The notes under the pieces were generated by a model, which searched no databases, was not told the origin of the DNA, and saw only the letters and a list, made by a program, of their open reading frames with translations. The position numbers and the translations under genes were made by a program. Of a stretch of DNA of 64,000 bases, positions 24,021 through 38,474 are shown one piece after another. Position 1 is the stretch's first letter. Every line of letters begins with the position of its first letter. Location: assembly GCA_020891255.1 (NCBI GenBank), contig BQFW01000003.1, positions 1,178,001 to 1,242,000 of the forward strand. Reading direction: 5' to 3'. Origin of the DNA: Entomortierella parvispora E1425 (Eukaryota; Fungi; Mortierellomycota).

Positions 24021-25452
24021 CATTCACTCAGCACTCCATATATACGTACTCCTACACCCACCCCTTCTCTGCCCTCTGCCAGCCTCGATCACTGACTCTC
24101 ACATTGATCTCCAGTCCGCATTGCTGTGCTGCCACACCTGTACGTTCACTGCATTGTCTGCGCCTACGAACCCACCTACCCTCAGAAGTCCTTTCGCCTA
24201 TCCTTTCTACAAGGAGAATAAGGGTAAGGTGCATAGAATTGTACAGTTTGAGTCCGTGACCCAATTGTTCCCTTCCCCCCTTGACCCACGGGTCCATATT
24301 TTCTTCGTTTGCATTGGAAGACGACCCCTGCCCCTTTGCTTTTTGACCCTTTCCCGTTGAGGAGATTCCAACCTGCCCTTGCTTTGTTGACAGTTGGCAC
24401 CATTTTCTTCTTGATCCACAAAAGCCGTTGAAAGGGCGAGTTGGTCTGTCGGGTTATTTTTACACGAGACTGGCCGTTAGGATCATCGAGAAAAAAAGAA
24501 AGGGTCAGTCCTGTTTCTCACTGCATCATCTCTTTACTGAGGGAGTGCGCGCGTGCCTCTGATGCATTTGGGCCAAAAAGGAAAGGGAAAAAGGCCGGAG
24601 GGTGAGAACAAAGAGTAAAGCAAAAGCGTGAAAGAGCATGAAGAGAAAGAAAAGGAAAAGGGGCTGCATGCACAATACGCACGCTTGCGTTGGGATCCGT
24701 TGGTCGCTTTCGCGCTTTTTGTTTTTCTTTCCTTTGTTGGGCTTGTTGAGATATCGGATCCGGATCTATCCAATGATCATATTTCCGTTGCATGCTTGGG
24801 CCCTCTCACGTTGCACGCGCACACACGCACACGCACACACACACACAGACCATGCCATGCAGAGGGTCGCAGCCGTGGTCATGGCTTGTAGGCCTTATAA
24901 GGGGGAGGACACCCCTCCATGAATGTGCCCTTCACACCTTGCTTCCTTTCCTTCTCATACTTTTCTGGCTCTTTACACTGCAGAACACTTTTCGTACCTC
25001 GGCAGGGTAAGGACCTTCATATAGCCATAGAGAACTCCCTCCTCTTCCCCTTTCTCCACTCCTTTTCCTCTTTATTCATTGTTTGCCTGGTCCCGCGTCG
25101 GTTTTTCCTCCTCCCCCGCCACCTCCTCGTCGTTCTTGTCCAACTTGTCCCCTTCATTCCCTTTACGGACGCTTTTCTCGGAGAGCACCAAGGGAAACAT
25201 GCATACGGGTTCTTTTTTTTTTACTCCTTGACTTGACCTTTTTCGTCTCTCCCTCCTTTCCTATCTTTGGTTCTGTACTCCTCCTGCTCTCGCTCCTGTT
25301 TCCGGTCCTTGCTCCCTTTTGTGGACATCCTGCGTGTGTCAAAAGAAACCCTTCTTTTAACCCCCCTCTCCCTCTTCTGCTTATCCTCTCGCTCTTTTTC
25401 TCCTCCCCCTTGTCTCTGCATATGTGCCAGAATCGAACATAGAACTCTTTTG

Positions 25453-25459
25453 TATAAAA
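25453..25459 (+). promoter_or_regulatory. TATA box (TATAAAA) upstream of ORF 25694
   Basis: A canonical TATAAAA lies about 240 bp 5' of the ATG, followed by a pyrimidine/CA-rich leader. Confidence 0.45.
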
Positions 25460-25693
25460 GCAGAAGCAAATGGCCACGCCACTGACTATTTTTTTTTCTT
25501 ATCTATTCTCTCCATTGTTATCCAGTCCTCGAAGCACACACAAACACACACACACATACAAAACTCGCTCGCGCAAACTCCACAAACCCATCACCCAGAT
25601 CCTCAAGAACGTTGCAATTAGAGCATATCGCGGCTCCTACCCCAAGAATCATATTCAACACTCGCTCTTCATTAAATAACAACAACAATCGAC

Positions 25694-26593
25694 ATGTCTA
25701 GCCTTGGTCATTGGATGCCAGAGGACGGATTCCATCTTTTACGGCAACAGGGACAGACCAAGCATTCCGTGCGGACGCGATGCCTTGCGGGAAAGAAGCA
25801 ACACCTGGATCGACGTCAAGTGCAGGATCACTTTTGCGGATCTTGCCACCGTCACCACCACCCAAAGAGCAACACCGCAAGTGACACGGACCATCGTGCG
25901 TGCAAAGTGCAATTCTCGTCATTGTCATCATCCTCCTCCTCCTCCTCCTCCTCTGCCTTCACCTACTCTTACTCGGACGCACAGGTGCGTAACTGGCGCT
26001 CGGATCGCCCCGAGCCGTTGGTCAGAGGCGCATGTGCTTCCCTGTCCTCGTCACCGTCATCATTCTGCCCAGAGCTGGCCTTTGAGCAGGCATCCAAGAC
26101 GGTCACGGCTCAAACACCAGCAGATCAGGCTCTTTGGCGGCCAATATCAACTTCCCTCTCCTCGCCTTCTTCTTCTTCTTCTTCTTCCCAAGACTCTTAC
26201 TGCGAGTCAGAAGACGATGCCTGGAGCAACAGTCTTGTGGCGTCCTTGCAGCACGATACCCGTCACCACCACTCTTCTCAGTACAACACCCACCGAGGAG
26301 GGGCCCGTGTCCACATGGGCATCGGTGGACGGGGTGCCATCGGCGGGGGAACGGGTAACAGTCCCGACCCATCGTCAGGCGTTCACCCAGGACAGCAAGG
26401 CCGTGGCGGCGCTGCCAGTAATGGGTCCCAAAGCGCAAGCGATGATGCGGACCAGGACATGGATGGGATGGCGGATGAGGATGGCAGGAAAATGCCCTCG
26501 TCCTATACGTTTCGCAGGCGAAATGCAGTGGTGGAGGGATCGGAGGATGCACCCCGTGCCAAAGACTTTTACCCAGACGCGTCGACGAACTGA
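25694..26593 (+). CDS. Intronless 299-aa low-complexity (Ser/His/Gly-rich) hypothetical protein ending in a FRRRNAVVEGS motif
   Basis: The ATG is in good context (caatcgacATG) with an upstream TATA box. The ORF is long, has a disordered composition and no recognised globular domain. Confidence 0.65.
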   Translation: MSSLGHWMPEDGFHLLRQQGQTKHSVRTRCLAGKKQHLDRRQVQDHFCGSCHRHHHPKSNTASDTDHRACKVQFSSLSSSSSSSSSSAFTYSYSDAQVRNWRSDRPEPLVRGACASLSSSPSSFCPELAFEQASKTVTAQTPADQALWRPISTSLSSPSSSSSSSQDSYCESEDDAWSNSLVASLQHDTRHHHSSQYNTHRGGARVHMGIGGRGAIGGGTGNSPDPSSGVHPGQQGRGGAASNGSQSASDDADQDMDGMADEDGRKMPSSYTFRRRNAVVEGSEDAPRAKDFYPDASTN

Positions 26594-27986
26594 CTAGGAT
26601 GCGCCATTGTCGGATAATCGCTTCGTAATCAGTCCGCCGAGTCGCGTCCAGCAGCTGCACTTTCATCCGTTTTTGACCTCTCCTGTTACCCCATATCGAA
26701 AAGAAACTTGTTCGCTCACTGCCACTCTAGTCTCCTATCCCCTCTCAGCACAAACACCCACACCCACCCACCCACAACACACTATATATATATACTCGCC
26801 CTCCTCCGATAGCACAACGTTAACAACACGCTCATCTGGCTCTTTGCAACAATAATAAACGTTCTTTCTTTTTTCCTTTTTCTTTTGTTTGTACGTTTGT
26901 AGCGTTGTTTTTTTTGAGTTTCTTCACACGCGCGCTACCCCCAGGGTTCAGGTTTCAAATATGTCCGAACCAAAAAGGTGAAATAGGTCGCCTGAATCAG
27001 GAACAGAGGAACAGAAGCTTGTTGACGTGTCTGACAAATCCTTGCCAAAAGGCAAAGTGAACAAACAGAACAGGTAACCTGCGTGTTCAAGGAGGAGGAG
27101 GAGGGGGTTTCTTTTTTTTTTTTTTTTGTTGTTCGTCGGCTCGTGAACATTTTATCTCGATAGGATCGGGATGACGATGATGCAGAGAAGTTTCTTTTTC
27201 ACTTTTTCAGGCGGGAAAGAATATAGAGAGGACAAAGAGAGGGTTTGTCTCTTTTTTTTTTTTTTTTTTTTTAACAATTGAGAAGGCGTGGCGGAGAGGA
27301 CGGAGGGAAGAAACAAAGGGGTGATGAAATGGCGCGCGCTTAGAGACGTCAAAGAAACAGGAAAGTGCCAATGTGGGAAGGGAAAGAGGATCGACGAGGA
27401 ACTGAAACCGGCAAAGGTACATCCCACCCTCGTGGGTATGTATTGCTTTGTTTGTGTTCTATCGGACTTGATCCGAGAAGGGGCGCGCCCTATGATATTA
27501 TTTTTGTCCCTCCTCTTTTTTAATTGCCTTTGTCCTGTCCTCTCTTCTCCCACGCAGGATTATCAAGAAGGAGATATCAAAAGTGAAAATCGGCGGGGAA
27601 GTTTTTTTTACAGTGCGAAGCACATGGAGAAAAGTTGTATGACTTCATTTGAATGACCATGACGGCCCAGAGAAATGGCCTACAAAACATACTCAGCCAA
27701 ACACAGCATGAGAGAGAAATAATGAGAGGCAGAGAGAGAGAGAGAGGAGAGAGAGAGAGGGAGGGAGAGGGAGGGAAGAGATGGAGGGAGGGAGTGCGCG
27801 AAAAAGATGGGCGTAAAAAAAAAACCCGATCAGAGAACAAACCACTTTTGTGCACATCGCGCAAATCCACTCCAAGGATTGTCTTGTTTGTGTCCTTTCT
27901 TCATTTCCATTCCCTCCCTCCATCGCAGTGTTGCTGCTGTTTATTGTTGTTGTTATTGTTTTTGTTGTGGTTGTGGGGATGTTGGG

Positions 27987-28114
<128 letters not shown>

Positions 28115-31100
28115 AAGAGTGCGTGTGTTTTCGTTCCCCCCCAATTGCACACTCGTTCTTTGCAGCACCCTGATGCTCTTTTTTCTTTAAAAAATATTTC
28201 CCCCCGCTTCGACTGGACAGTGGACAGAGGACAGGGGAGAGGGGGGGAAGAAAAACAGAGAGTTGAAAGGAGCACTGGGTTGAGCAGACAATGGGGGAGG
28301 TGCACAATGACGATCTCGGTGTAACCATGAGAGCCCCCGGGCCTAATAAAATCACAAAGTTGGTCGGGTAATTGCTTTCAACTTTGAAGGCACAAAAAAA
28401 CCTTGATGGCCCTTCCCCTAAGTGCACGACGAAACTATCTTGGTTTAAAAAGTTGGGATTACAGATATTGCAATCTCAATTTGTGGGAAGAGATCGCCCA
28501 ATTTTTTTTTTTTTTTTTTTTTTTTTATCTCTCCGCAAGAGACGTGGTGTTGTTTGACGTTCAAAAAAAAAAACTCGTACTGCTATTGTCTGTAGCTTCT
28601 CCGTTTTGTGGGGTTTGTATAATAGTTGCAGAACTGCCCAGATTTGATGTGGTGCGTGGAGTACAAGTGGTACGATGGTTGAGCGGTTTTTCTGCTGGGA
28701 CGCTGCTGGTGTTGTCTGCCCTGTTCTTTCTTTTGTCCTTCCTGTCCACTGATTTGTGTAGGATGAAAAGAAAAAAGTCGCAATCGCTCATTTTGCTTTG
28801 CAGTTTGTTATTTTTGGACTTTTGCAATTACGGGCGCCAGGAAAACTATCTGTCATGACAAGGACATACAGCCCGCCATCATCATCCATCACCTCCCTTT
28901 TAGCCTTAACGCGTTAGTTTCTCATCCGCAATCAAGGTCTAGCATCGGTCTTCCAAGCAAAACTGATGGAATCGAGTGGGTTCAAGGGAGGGTTTGAAGA
29001 AAAAAAAATCCCCGCGTTTTTTTTATTGCCCTGTCAGAGCCCTGGTTGCTCAGAGGAATGAGTGCTCGAGCTCGAGCTCGAGCCGAGTCTAGGTCCAAAA
29101 GCCAAAAAATCGTTGACAAGGCTCATGACAACAGAAAAGAAAAAACGGTCTAGAGGTACATAATCCCTGCCAGACCCTTTTGCGAAGCTCGTGGACCAAA
29201 CGGCAGAAGAGATGAGGAATGTAATAAACTAGGGAATTCCTTCTGAGCCTTTTTTTTTGTCACCTCGCGATGAGAGGACTTTCGGAAAGTTGGGATAAAT
29301 TAAAAAAAAGAAAAAAAAGCAGATTGCCGCGACAGGCCAGAACGAGCAGGTGGGTCAGCACAGGGCGCGGGATAGATGGCCTCGCTACAACACACCGACC
29401 CCCTTTCTCAGTCTCAACTCTCCATGAATCAGTAGACAACAAATGAAAAACATCTCTTTTTGTTCGTCATCTTTCATCCTTCTCTCATATTTACGTTCTC
29501 AAGACGGTAAGGCAAGGCGATGGATGAGAGACAGAGATGAAGAAGAGTCAGTAATCAAGAGAATGAAAGAAGACTGAGAGAGTAAGTAAGGGAGACTCGC
29601 TGACAGAAATGGGACATGGATCTCCAAACTAGTTCCGTGAGGGTTTTTATTTGATTCTTTTTAAACTTTGCCCTGCAGCCCTTTGAACGTCCAGCCTTTG
29701 AAAACCATCGTCAGGCGATATGTTTTATTTCCTTCCTCCTCAAGGATCGTACCGTTGTCGTCAGTTCTTGTGCTGTTCCGCCGAAAGAGTGAGAACGAGA
29801 GAGTGCGCGAGAGGGTTAGGACAGGCTGACTCATGGAATTGGAGTCAAAACATCAAAAATCACAAGACAAAATTCAAAGATTATCCTCTCCTTTGGGAAA
29901 CACCGACCGAGAGCGGACTGCCCTTGACATGGAGACTGACCATTTTCTTCCGCAGGCCCATTCTGGCCTTGGCACATCTCTGCATTTCAAAAAGGCCAGG
30001 TTCGTACACCAACAACACCGTCAAGGGTGTCCACGGGAGCGCATCAATTTCTTTCCATTTATTGGCTCAAAAAAAAATAAAAAAGGGCACTAAGGAGACC
30101 TCCTACATCGGAAACAAAAGAAAACAAAAACAAAAACAACCAAAAAGAACAACAGCGATCAATCACGTTCCTGCGGATGCATTGACAAAAAGCTGACAAA
30201 GACTTATTAGAATCATGGCTCCCCTAGTTTCAACTCTAGAAGCAAATGTGCAAGAGCGCCTACCGCCATCTGCATGATATCTCTTCTGTTTTCGTGTCCT
30301 GGCGCCCAGCGGTGCACAAGAATAGATCGACCAGGTCTATTAATATCGAGAACCTCCTCTCCTCGAAGCAATCAGACACGCAACAGCGATGGACGATAAT
30401 CGCGCAGGTGAACAGGTTGTTGAAATGGGGTAGCAAAGAGAGGGGGGGGACAATTTTTTTTTATGTTCGCGTCCCCAGGTGATGAGGAGTCGAAAGGGGA
30501 CAGAGCACCAGGAGTTGTTGCGTTTTGCCCACTGCCCAATCCCTTGCGGCCACTTCTCCCTTCATGTTTTTTGTCCCCGCCATCCTCAAATCACGGTGCA
30601 GCTATGCCGTCATTGACCCGCCATCACTCATTGACTGCGATTATTGTTTACTCAAAAAGAAAAAGAAAGAAAGAAAGAGAAAGAAAAAGTGCTCGTCTGT
30701 GGCCAATCTCTGTGGGCATGATGTGTCTTGACGGATGAGAGCGATTAGAGAGAGAGGCTGCAATACATGGAGAACACGAAGAAAAAATACTGTTTTTGAC
30801 AGGATCGTTACTCAGTTCGCCCACGCACCCTGATCATTTGCGCTCAACAACTGCACCATTGTTGTCGTTGGGAAAGAGCAACGACGCGCTTTGCCTCTGG
30901 AAACAGGGCGTCAGGATCGTCTAAAGTTACCTTTTTTTTCTTCTTTTTTTGTGTTGTTCGAGTTTCGTAGTCGTGTGGGTAGTATTCTTCTCCGTCGTGA
31001 ACAGGGTGGGCGCTGGCGCTTGTTGAGGGTGAAATGGAACATACTCCCTCACAACCAGGTACCTTGTAAAACATGCAAATAATGGCGACATTTCACCTGG

Positions 31101-34100
31101 AGCGAGAACTAACTTGCATGTGGCTCAGAGGGGTGTTTTCTGGCAGTCCTTTGGCCGTTTTGAAGAAACTCGGCTGAAGATTAGTCTTCCTAGAACAAAC
31201 GACGCACATTATCGATGTTGGCGGAATCGTCGGGCCTATTGTTGCGTGTAGAGTGAAGACATGCGAGTGTCTTTCCTTTGACGTTGAAACGATGGTTCGA
31301 AGAACAGTTCACGGCATTCTCGATAAAAAGTCTCTTTCAGAACGGCAAGGGAGAGCTCCCTCGTTCTTGCAACGCTTATTACTGAATGCTCACATTGACT
31401 ATTAACTAATCTCGGCTCGCCTCAGGGACAGGGTTCTGTCGAAGGGACAGAAAAGGTGGATACCTCAAAAAATGAGGTCACTCTCTAGTGGAGCCACAAA
31501 AACAAAACAAGGTCCTCCCTAACCAGCCGAAGAGGGCCAACTGGAGATCGCTCATCCACTGGCACAGCTGAAGCACATGAGAAGCCTATCGTATCCTTGG
31601 GACGAGTCTTGACAGTTCTGAAATGAAGGTCGCATTAGGATTCTACATCATTGTGCTTCATTCCGAATCCGAGATGAATCCGAGATGATGGTGCTTTCTT
31701 TTCCCCTATTGAAAGCCAATTTTTTCTTTATTTTGTCGGAGAATCACAGACCGTCGTCACCATCAGCTGGGTGGAGATCGCGCTGGGATTGGGAGCTGGA
31801 CAGAGTGGGGTACATGTACTGCAGCTGGACGTAAAGGGGCCCAGCATCATTTTTTTTTATCTCATCTTTCGAGGATCCTGCGAGCGACAAAAGGGATTGT
31901 CGCTGTAAGGTTCTACTCAACCGAGATCTGCCTGATTATTTGGGAGGCCGAAAGGGCAGAAGCTGGGAGCTCGATCCTGGATTCCTCCCCAAGCTTTGTG
32001 TCCAGAGTCGATCCTGTATGCGTGTCCACATGTGTCTGGCGGGGGTGGGCAGGGATTAATGGACAGGACAGAGGCACCGCCTTTGGCTGGAGCAGTTCCC
32101 GACCGTCAAGGATAGAAGATTTGTTTTTTTTTTCTTTTTTTTGGGTTGCTCAATGGGAGGACTCCAGGGTATTATTGTGTCCAAACAGAGTGCCCATCCA
32201 CCCAGCCATTCTCGTGCACCGTCTTTTTGCCTGCTTGCTTGACCCTCTGCTCTCACTGGTGGACAAGATGACGAGCCCTCTTTCTCTTTACCCCTCCTCT
32301 CTCGGGTCACTGCTCTCGCATTCCTACGCAGGAAATTGCAATGAAACCTTGACGTGGTTCCAGCACACATAAGCACCTTGTTGCTCCTGAGCACCTCTAT
32401 TCCATCTGCCCGTGCCAAAGTGGAGCAGGTACTCTCACGATACCTGCACGACTTTATATCTCTAATCCTGCAACACGAATGCCCTCCTCATCATCCCCAG
32501 ACGCCGGTAGTGGTAATTAAAGTCAATGAGCGGGAGCAGGAGGGGATTCACACATGAGCGTGCATGCTTCTGTTACCCACGCAGCAAAGGACCGAAAAAC
32601 ACTGGAAAGACAAGGATGAACACACGAGCACAGAATTTGAGTAGTTTACTCAACAGGCACGAGTGAATTGACTGACTTGACAAGTGAGTAAGTGAGTGAA
32701 TGAATGAAGGGATTGCGATAGGGAAGGCTGTCCAAATGGAAGAACTCGCTGCTCTCACCCGGCGGAGCAAAGGCGAGTGACAGAAAGAGAGTTGCGACAG
32801 ACGACAGGGGGCGTGAGCGGATTGAATTGATAGAGTAACTGTTCCCTAAGTGCATGCCCCGAGTAAAAACTATTACACGGGGCAGGAACACCCTTTTTTT
32901 TATTCAATCTTCGTGGCAACATCCACCCTGTCAAACTGTGCACCGTTCCTTTCCTTCCGTCTTTGCCTCTTGCTTCTCACGTTCATCAAGGACTGAAGGC
33001 GGCAAACTCTCTTTCCTTGGCTCTCCTCCACCAGCATCCACTCCCACAGAAAGACGAGAGCAGATCGTTTTCTTTCTCTGTTTTCTCTTCCATCTTTTTA
33101 GTTTATATATCAGGCACTTCACCACCTCTTCCCTCTTTCTTTTCCTCTTCTTGCTCCTCTCTCTTGTCTCTTGTCTCTCTCTCGACCTTTTGTCTCGTTC
33201 TTTCCTCTCCTCGTCTTTCATTCTTTCTTTGTTCCTTGCAATCGTTTGTTCGCTATTGCTGTACACAACCTCTTTTCAGCGCTTTCTTCACTCGATTTGA
33301 CCGCTCTTGGGCAGAGTTTCAGCATCGACAATATCCAACTTTTCTGCCCGCACCAAAGCACTTTCAACGATCTCTTAAACCTCATTCTCAGCAAGAAACT
33401 CCCCACCTCTCTTTCGTCGAAAAAAGGTACAGGCTCGACCCAACTCCTTCTAAGTCCTAATGATATTAGACCGAGATAGAGACATGCAGGTGTCCACAGA
33501 CAAAAGACGACCCTTGCCATGTTGCTCGGCAGCGATTTCCGGGTTTAAAATTGAACAAAGCACGCGCTACAGCCATTGTTATTTGCCACCCTACTGCCCA
33601 AAAAGTCTGACGATCCTTTGATCGCTGCTCTTTGACGACACTGCCTTCTTCCCCTCCACCTGCAACCGCCACTGTCACCCTTCATCCCATCTCTCTTTCG
33701 AACCTCCCCTTTCGCAACACGGCACATTTTCAGCGTCATCATTCGCTTCATCATTGTCAGTAATACGACTAGTCGGGTGGAAAGGAAAGATGACGTTCAG
33801 TGCAACACAACACAGAGATAGCTCTGGCAATCTTCAGAGGACAATAATCCTTGGCCTCTTTCTTTTTTTTATTGTTGTTTCCCCTTGCCTTGGGTTGTGG
33901 TAACTTCTGGAGAGTGCAATACCCAACGCCGTCTGGCCTTGTTCCCCGACTCTGTTGGGTTGCACCGGATTTTATATTTGACGAAGATCCTTTTCACCCT
34001 GTCATTCGTGACGCCTTTCGTCCCCACCTCTCCCTGGAAAACACGATTCAACACCTCCACTGTCACTCTCGATCTCCCAGGCGTCACAGAAGTGAAGAGA

Positions 34101-35170
34101 GGAGAGAGAGAGACAATGAAAGAGGAGGGATGACCTTTGACAACCATAAAAAAAGAAATAGAGCTAACCCGTTATTTCCCCGTCTCCGCCTTCCACTGTC
34201 CTCCCTTCTCTTACTCTACAGATTCCCCACCACCGGTCCATCGAATTTGACAAGAAGACAAGACAGCAGACAAGTGCCATTGTATGTAAGTTGCTCACCA
34301 TCGATCTCATTTTCCCTTCGCTCTTCTCTCTCTCTTCCTTTCCACTCTCAAACAATCAAGGATTTTCAGATCAACATGTCCCGACAACGACAGCAAAACA
34401 CAGGCTTTCACCACGGCGACTGGTCCATACCATTTTTTTCGTTTCGATGAGCCACGAAAACGCAGACAGGGGACCCGTCGTCTCATGTACTCTTTCTTTC
34501 TCACCAGCGATGGAGTACCTTATTTTTTTTCTTCCTTCAATCCCTCTTTGCCTCTCCTGTGTCTTATCTGCAGACATTGCCTCTGTGTTTTCACTTTTAC
34601 CCGCTCCCGTCTTCCTTTCCCTTTCCTTCTTTCCCTTCCTATCCTCGGCTCTGTCCCCTTGTTGAATGACGTAAATGCTTCCTTGCACCAGCTCCGTCCC
34701 AATGAAAAGGAGTGCCAGACCTGTATTCCCACACGACCGCTGCAGATTTGGATCCTCCCCTCCCTTTTTCTGCCTTTGGGGTTTGCGACGATCACTTCCT
34801 TCCTGGGGCAAAAAAAAAACGAAGGCGGCTGTCTGCCCTTTAGAGCTAGCTACGCGTGGATAAACTCAATATTGTCTTGCATTCTCGTGTGGCAATAGTC
34901 CCCCCCTTCCCCCCTTTCCACCCCACCCACCCTTTCACTCTCTGTCTCTCTTTGCCTCTCTCTATCTCTTTCTCTCTCACTCTCTCTCTTTCTCTTTCCT
35001 CATTCTTAATCCTCCTTTTTTCGTCTTTGCATAAGCTAATCAGACTTTCTGAACGATCTTTCAGACCCTCGATTAGCGCGCAGGAAGCGATAACGAAAAA
35101 AGACAAAAAAACAAAACTTCATTTAAACTCTCGCATCGCCCCTACAACTCTTTCCTGTAAGGGTCATCCA

Positions 35171-36788
35171 ATGCTCGCAGTTCGCAGCCCATTGCAATTC
35201 GATATCATGTCCACCACAGTAACGGCGCAGGACGCCTATAGCCGAAACAACACCGGATCAGAAGAAACTACACATCACCAGTTGCCTCCGTTGACGGAAA
35301 CCCTCCACAGAATTTCTCATGACTCGCCACCATTGCAGCCCATGCAGCCTTTGCAAACTATGCCCGTCGTTACGGACACGATGCTCGCGAACCCCAACCC
35401 TTCTGCTCCAGTAGGCTACTACAGCCCTGTGCCTTTTGCCGATATTCCACCCCCAGACAGTGGCAGTAGCGTCTACTCGACTCAAGAGCAGCTGTCAAGT
35501 GATAGCCAGGGCCAAGTGACCAACCCAATGATGGCCCCTCCACAGCACCAACAATCTCAACATCAACATCAACAGCAACAACCTCACCCCAACATGAATG
35601 TCAATCAACCCTATGGCAGACGCGTCACATACCCATTCGTGCCCTCTATTGACACCAGTTCTGGTTTGTTGGTCACCAACCTTGCCAGCCCCGAGAACTC
35701 TGGATCCAGTCCCTTGATCGGTAGTCCTTTTACACACGGAGGTCTCGTGTCTGTAAACGCTACACCGGTGCAGAGTGGCATGGTTCGATCGTCGCCCATT
35801 GTTGGATACATGGACGCGATGACGCTCCACCAGCAGCACTCGCCCCCCTCCCACTCTTCTCATCTGTTTTCTCACAATGGATCATATACACAAGGGATGC
35901 ACGCATCGCCCTCTCACCATTCTTCGCCTCAGCAACACAGCCCAGCGACATGGCTTCACAACGGAGAGCTGATCCAAGGGGATGCCACTCTTGGCGCGGA
36001 TGGCAGGACATCCTATTCGTTCGTGCCTCTCTCTGGTGTGAACTCCAAGAAGAGACCACGCAGGCGGTTCGATGAGATTGAGCGCTTGTATGTTTGCAAC
36101 TGGCAGGATTGCGAAAAGAGTTACGGTACCTTGAACCACCTCAATGCTCACGTCAACATGCAGAAGCATGGACCCAAGCGCCACCCATCAGGTAAGGAGT
36201 GAAGAAATCGAAGGACAAAAAGAATAGACGCGTTCGTCACGCGTCTCCACACGTTGCTCTTTTGTTTTGAGTTGTTGATGCGATTCTCATTCTGCTCTTT
36301 TCCCCCTTGACGCTAACCTTCAATTTCCCATCTCCTTTTATCGATTTTGCGTCTCTGCTCCCCCCCAAACAGAGTTCAAAGAGCTCCGCAAGGCATGGCG
36401 GCGGCACAAGCGTGCAGAGGAAGAGGCGGCAAAGCAGGCAGCGGCTTTCCATCAGCAACAGAGTCAGGGACAGTTGCAGCTCTGTGATCCTGTTCTCAGC
36501 AACATGCAACCCCACCCAATGGCTCTCCATACCGTGTCCCATCACCAGCCTCACGACCCGCCCCACCCGCACCCACACCCAAACCATCAGCAGCAACATC
36601 CTCAGCCCCAGCAGCACCCAGCCCAGCATGGTCAGCACGGTCACATCCACCAGATGCATGCGCACCAACAGCCTCACTCGTTGCACCACCACCCGGTCCA
36701 ACAACACCACCATCATCACCAGCCTCAGGGACTGCATCAGCATCAGCCTCCTCAACACCACCATCACCAGCATCCTTTAGGATTCTAG
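35171..36788 (+). CDS. CON7: Con7-type single C2H2 zinc-finger transcription factor, ~478 aa, with a Q/H-rich tail; exons 35171-36191, 36373-36788
   Basis: The spliced product KKRPRRRFDEIERLYVCNWQDCEKSYGTLNHLNAHVNMQKHGPKRHPS|EFKELRKAWR is the characteristic Con7-family signature. The start could instead be the next in-frame ATG (about 35206). Confidence 0.85.
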
Positions 36789-38474
36789 GGAACTCGATAG
36801 TTTCATTCTTTTTACCTTCTCCTCTCTGCACTTTTTTCCCCCTCCTCCAATCATGGCACGGCCCCCAAAGGTCCTGATGTCCCCCTTCACTCACTCGCCC
36901 GCTCTGTCTCTGTCTCTTTCACACCTTTACTATGTATAATTCTCTTTAATTCGAAACGGCAAATGACCTATCCCTTTCTTTTCTCTCTCAAAGCGCTAGT
37001 TCTCTTTTTTCCTGTCCAATTGTCTTTGCGTGAGTCTGGTCCAAATGCCCTCTTTCAGCACCAACCAACCCAACTTGCCTGTTCTGTTTTTTTATAGCTT
37101 TCTAGTTGTTTTTCTGTTCCTTGTCGATAATGTATTTGTGTCTTCTTGTCTGTTACAAAGAGTCTGACGTTTCAATCACCAAGAATGACCTTGTTTTTCA
37201 GACTCTGTGCACCCTCCCGTCTTGATTTCTCGTACTTGCCCTCTTGCCCTTCTTTTTCTTCATACTTTCCTTGTCTCCCCCTGCTACAATAAATATAAAA
37301 ATGTGGTGTCAAAGATGACAGCAGCAAGGTGCAATATATCCAACTGCCCTGGCGACACAAGATGCCACGCGACCGTGGGCAGAGTCGAAAGAGAGGCAAC
37401 AACAAAAGGGGTCCTTCGTTGTGCTGCGCTGTCGGCGTTTGTTGCAATTGCACGAATCGAATCGCATCACTGTCAACAGTCCCGTCCCCCTTTTTGGTCT
37501 CAGAGCACACACAACCCTCCACACGAGCGCGCCACAGCACGATGGAACCGCGTCGAACAAGTGTAGTTCAACTATTATTTTTTGTTCTTTGACCTTCTTT
37601 TCGTTCCCTTGGCTGTCTCCATCGCATTCCTTCATGTTCTTCCAATTGCCAGATGCCAACAGCTTTCCTGGGTCGCATCGAGACATCTAGATAGATAACA
37701 AGATAAATGCCCAAAAATGAAGGAAGGGAGGACGAGGACCCGGGAAGGGGCGCAGGTGACGGGCATCGATCGTCAGCCTGCGTGCCTGTCTGTGCAATCA
37801 ATTGACTTTTTTTTTGTTCTCTTCTTTTTTTCTTTCTTTCTTCTTTACTTTTCTTGACCATTCAGCTGTCTCTCCCATTCTATCCCCCAGTTTCTCTTTC
37901 TCTCTCGTACACACCCGCACGCTCTCCCTTCTTTTTCTTACACAAGTCCTCTTGTCGTAAAAGCATGAACCTTTAGCCCACGCGCTTTTCCTTACTGGAC
38001 ACGTTCCCATTTGCCAACTCGACGACTTCCCATGCAGTGCTCATTCACCGGTGGATGAATTTCCTCCTTGTTCATTCTCTTCTTCATTTCTTGCCCTCAT
38101 AATCTTTAGCTTGTTGCATTGTTCCATTTGATCCGTTGCTATTAGGGGTTTCAACGTCTGTCATTTCGCTCTACCTCTTCCCGTTCTTGTCTGTCCTTTT
38201 TTTTTCTCTACCACCTTTCTCTCTGTCCTCGGCCGCTCTGTGGCGTTCTTCTTTTGCCAGCAAAGAGCTCTGTGGCGAAGCAACAAGAGTTCAAAGAGTC
38301 CACAAATAGAGCTTGCCTCGACGTGGTCTTCTGGGACACAGGAACTCGGTTCTAATTTGGATCGTCCGCAGTCGATCACCAATTGCTCTCTTTTTCTTTT
38401 TCCGCTGTTTTCTCTCTCCATCCCTTGTCTGTTTCCCATCCATCCGTCCAGAAACAACGCGCCCATACCCGAGA

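Noticed and set aside
25704-26597. 297-aa alternative-frame ORF overlapping ORF 25694
   Set aside because: It starts at TTG, lies in GC-rich low-complexity sequence where stop-free frames are common, and has no recognisable motif.
29064-29083. Perfect 20-bp palindrome GCTCGAGCTCGAGCTCGAGC
   Set aside because: It is explained by three tandem copies of the self-complementary hexamer CTCGAG, with no associated element.
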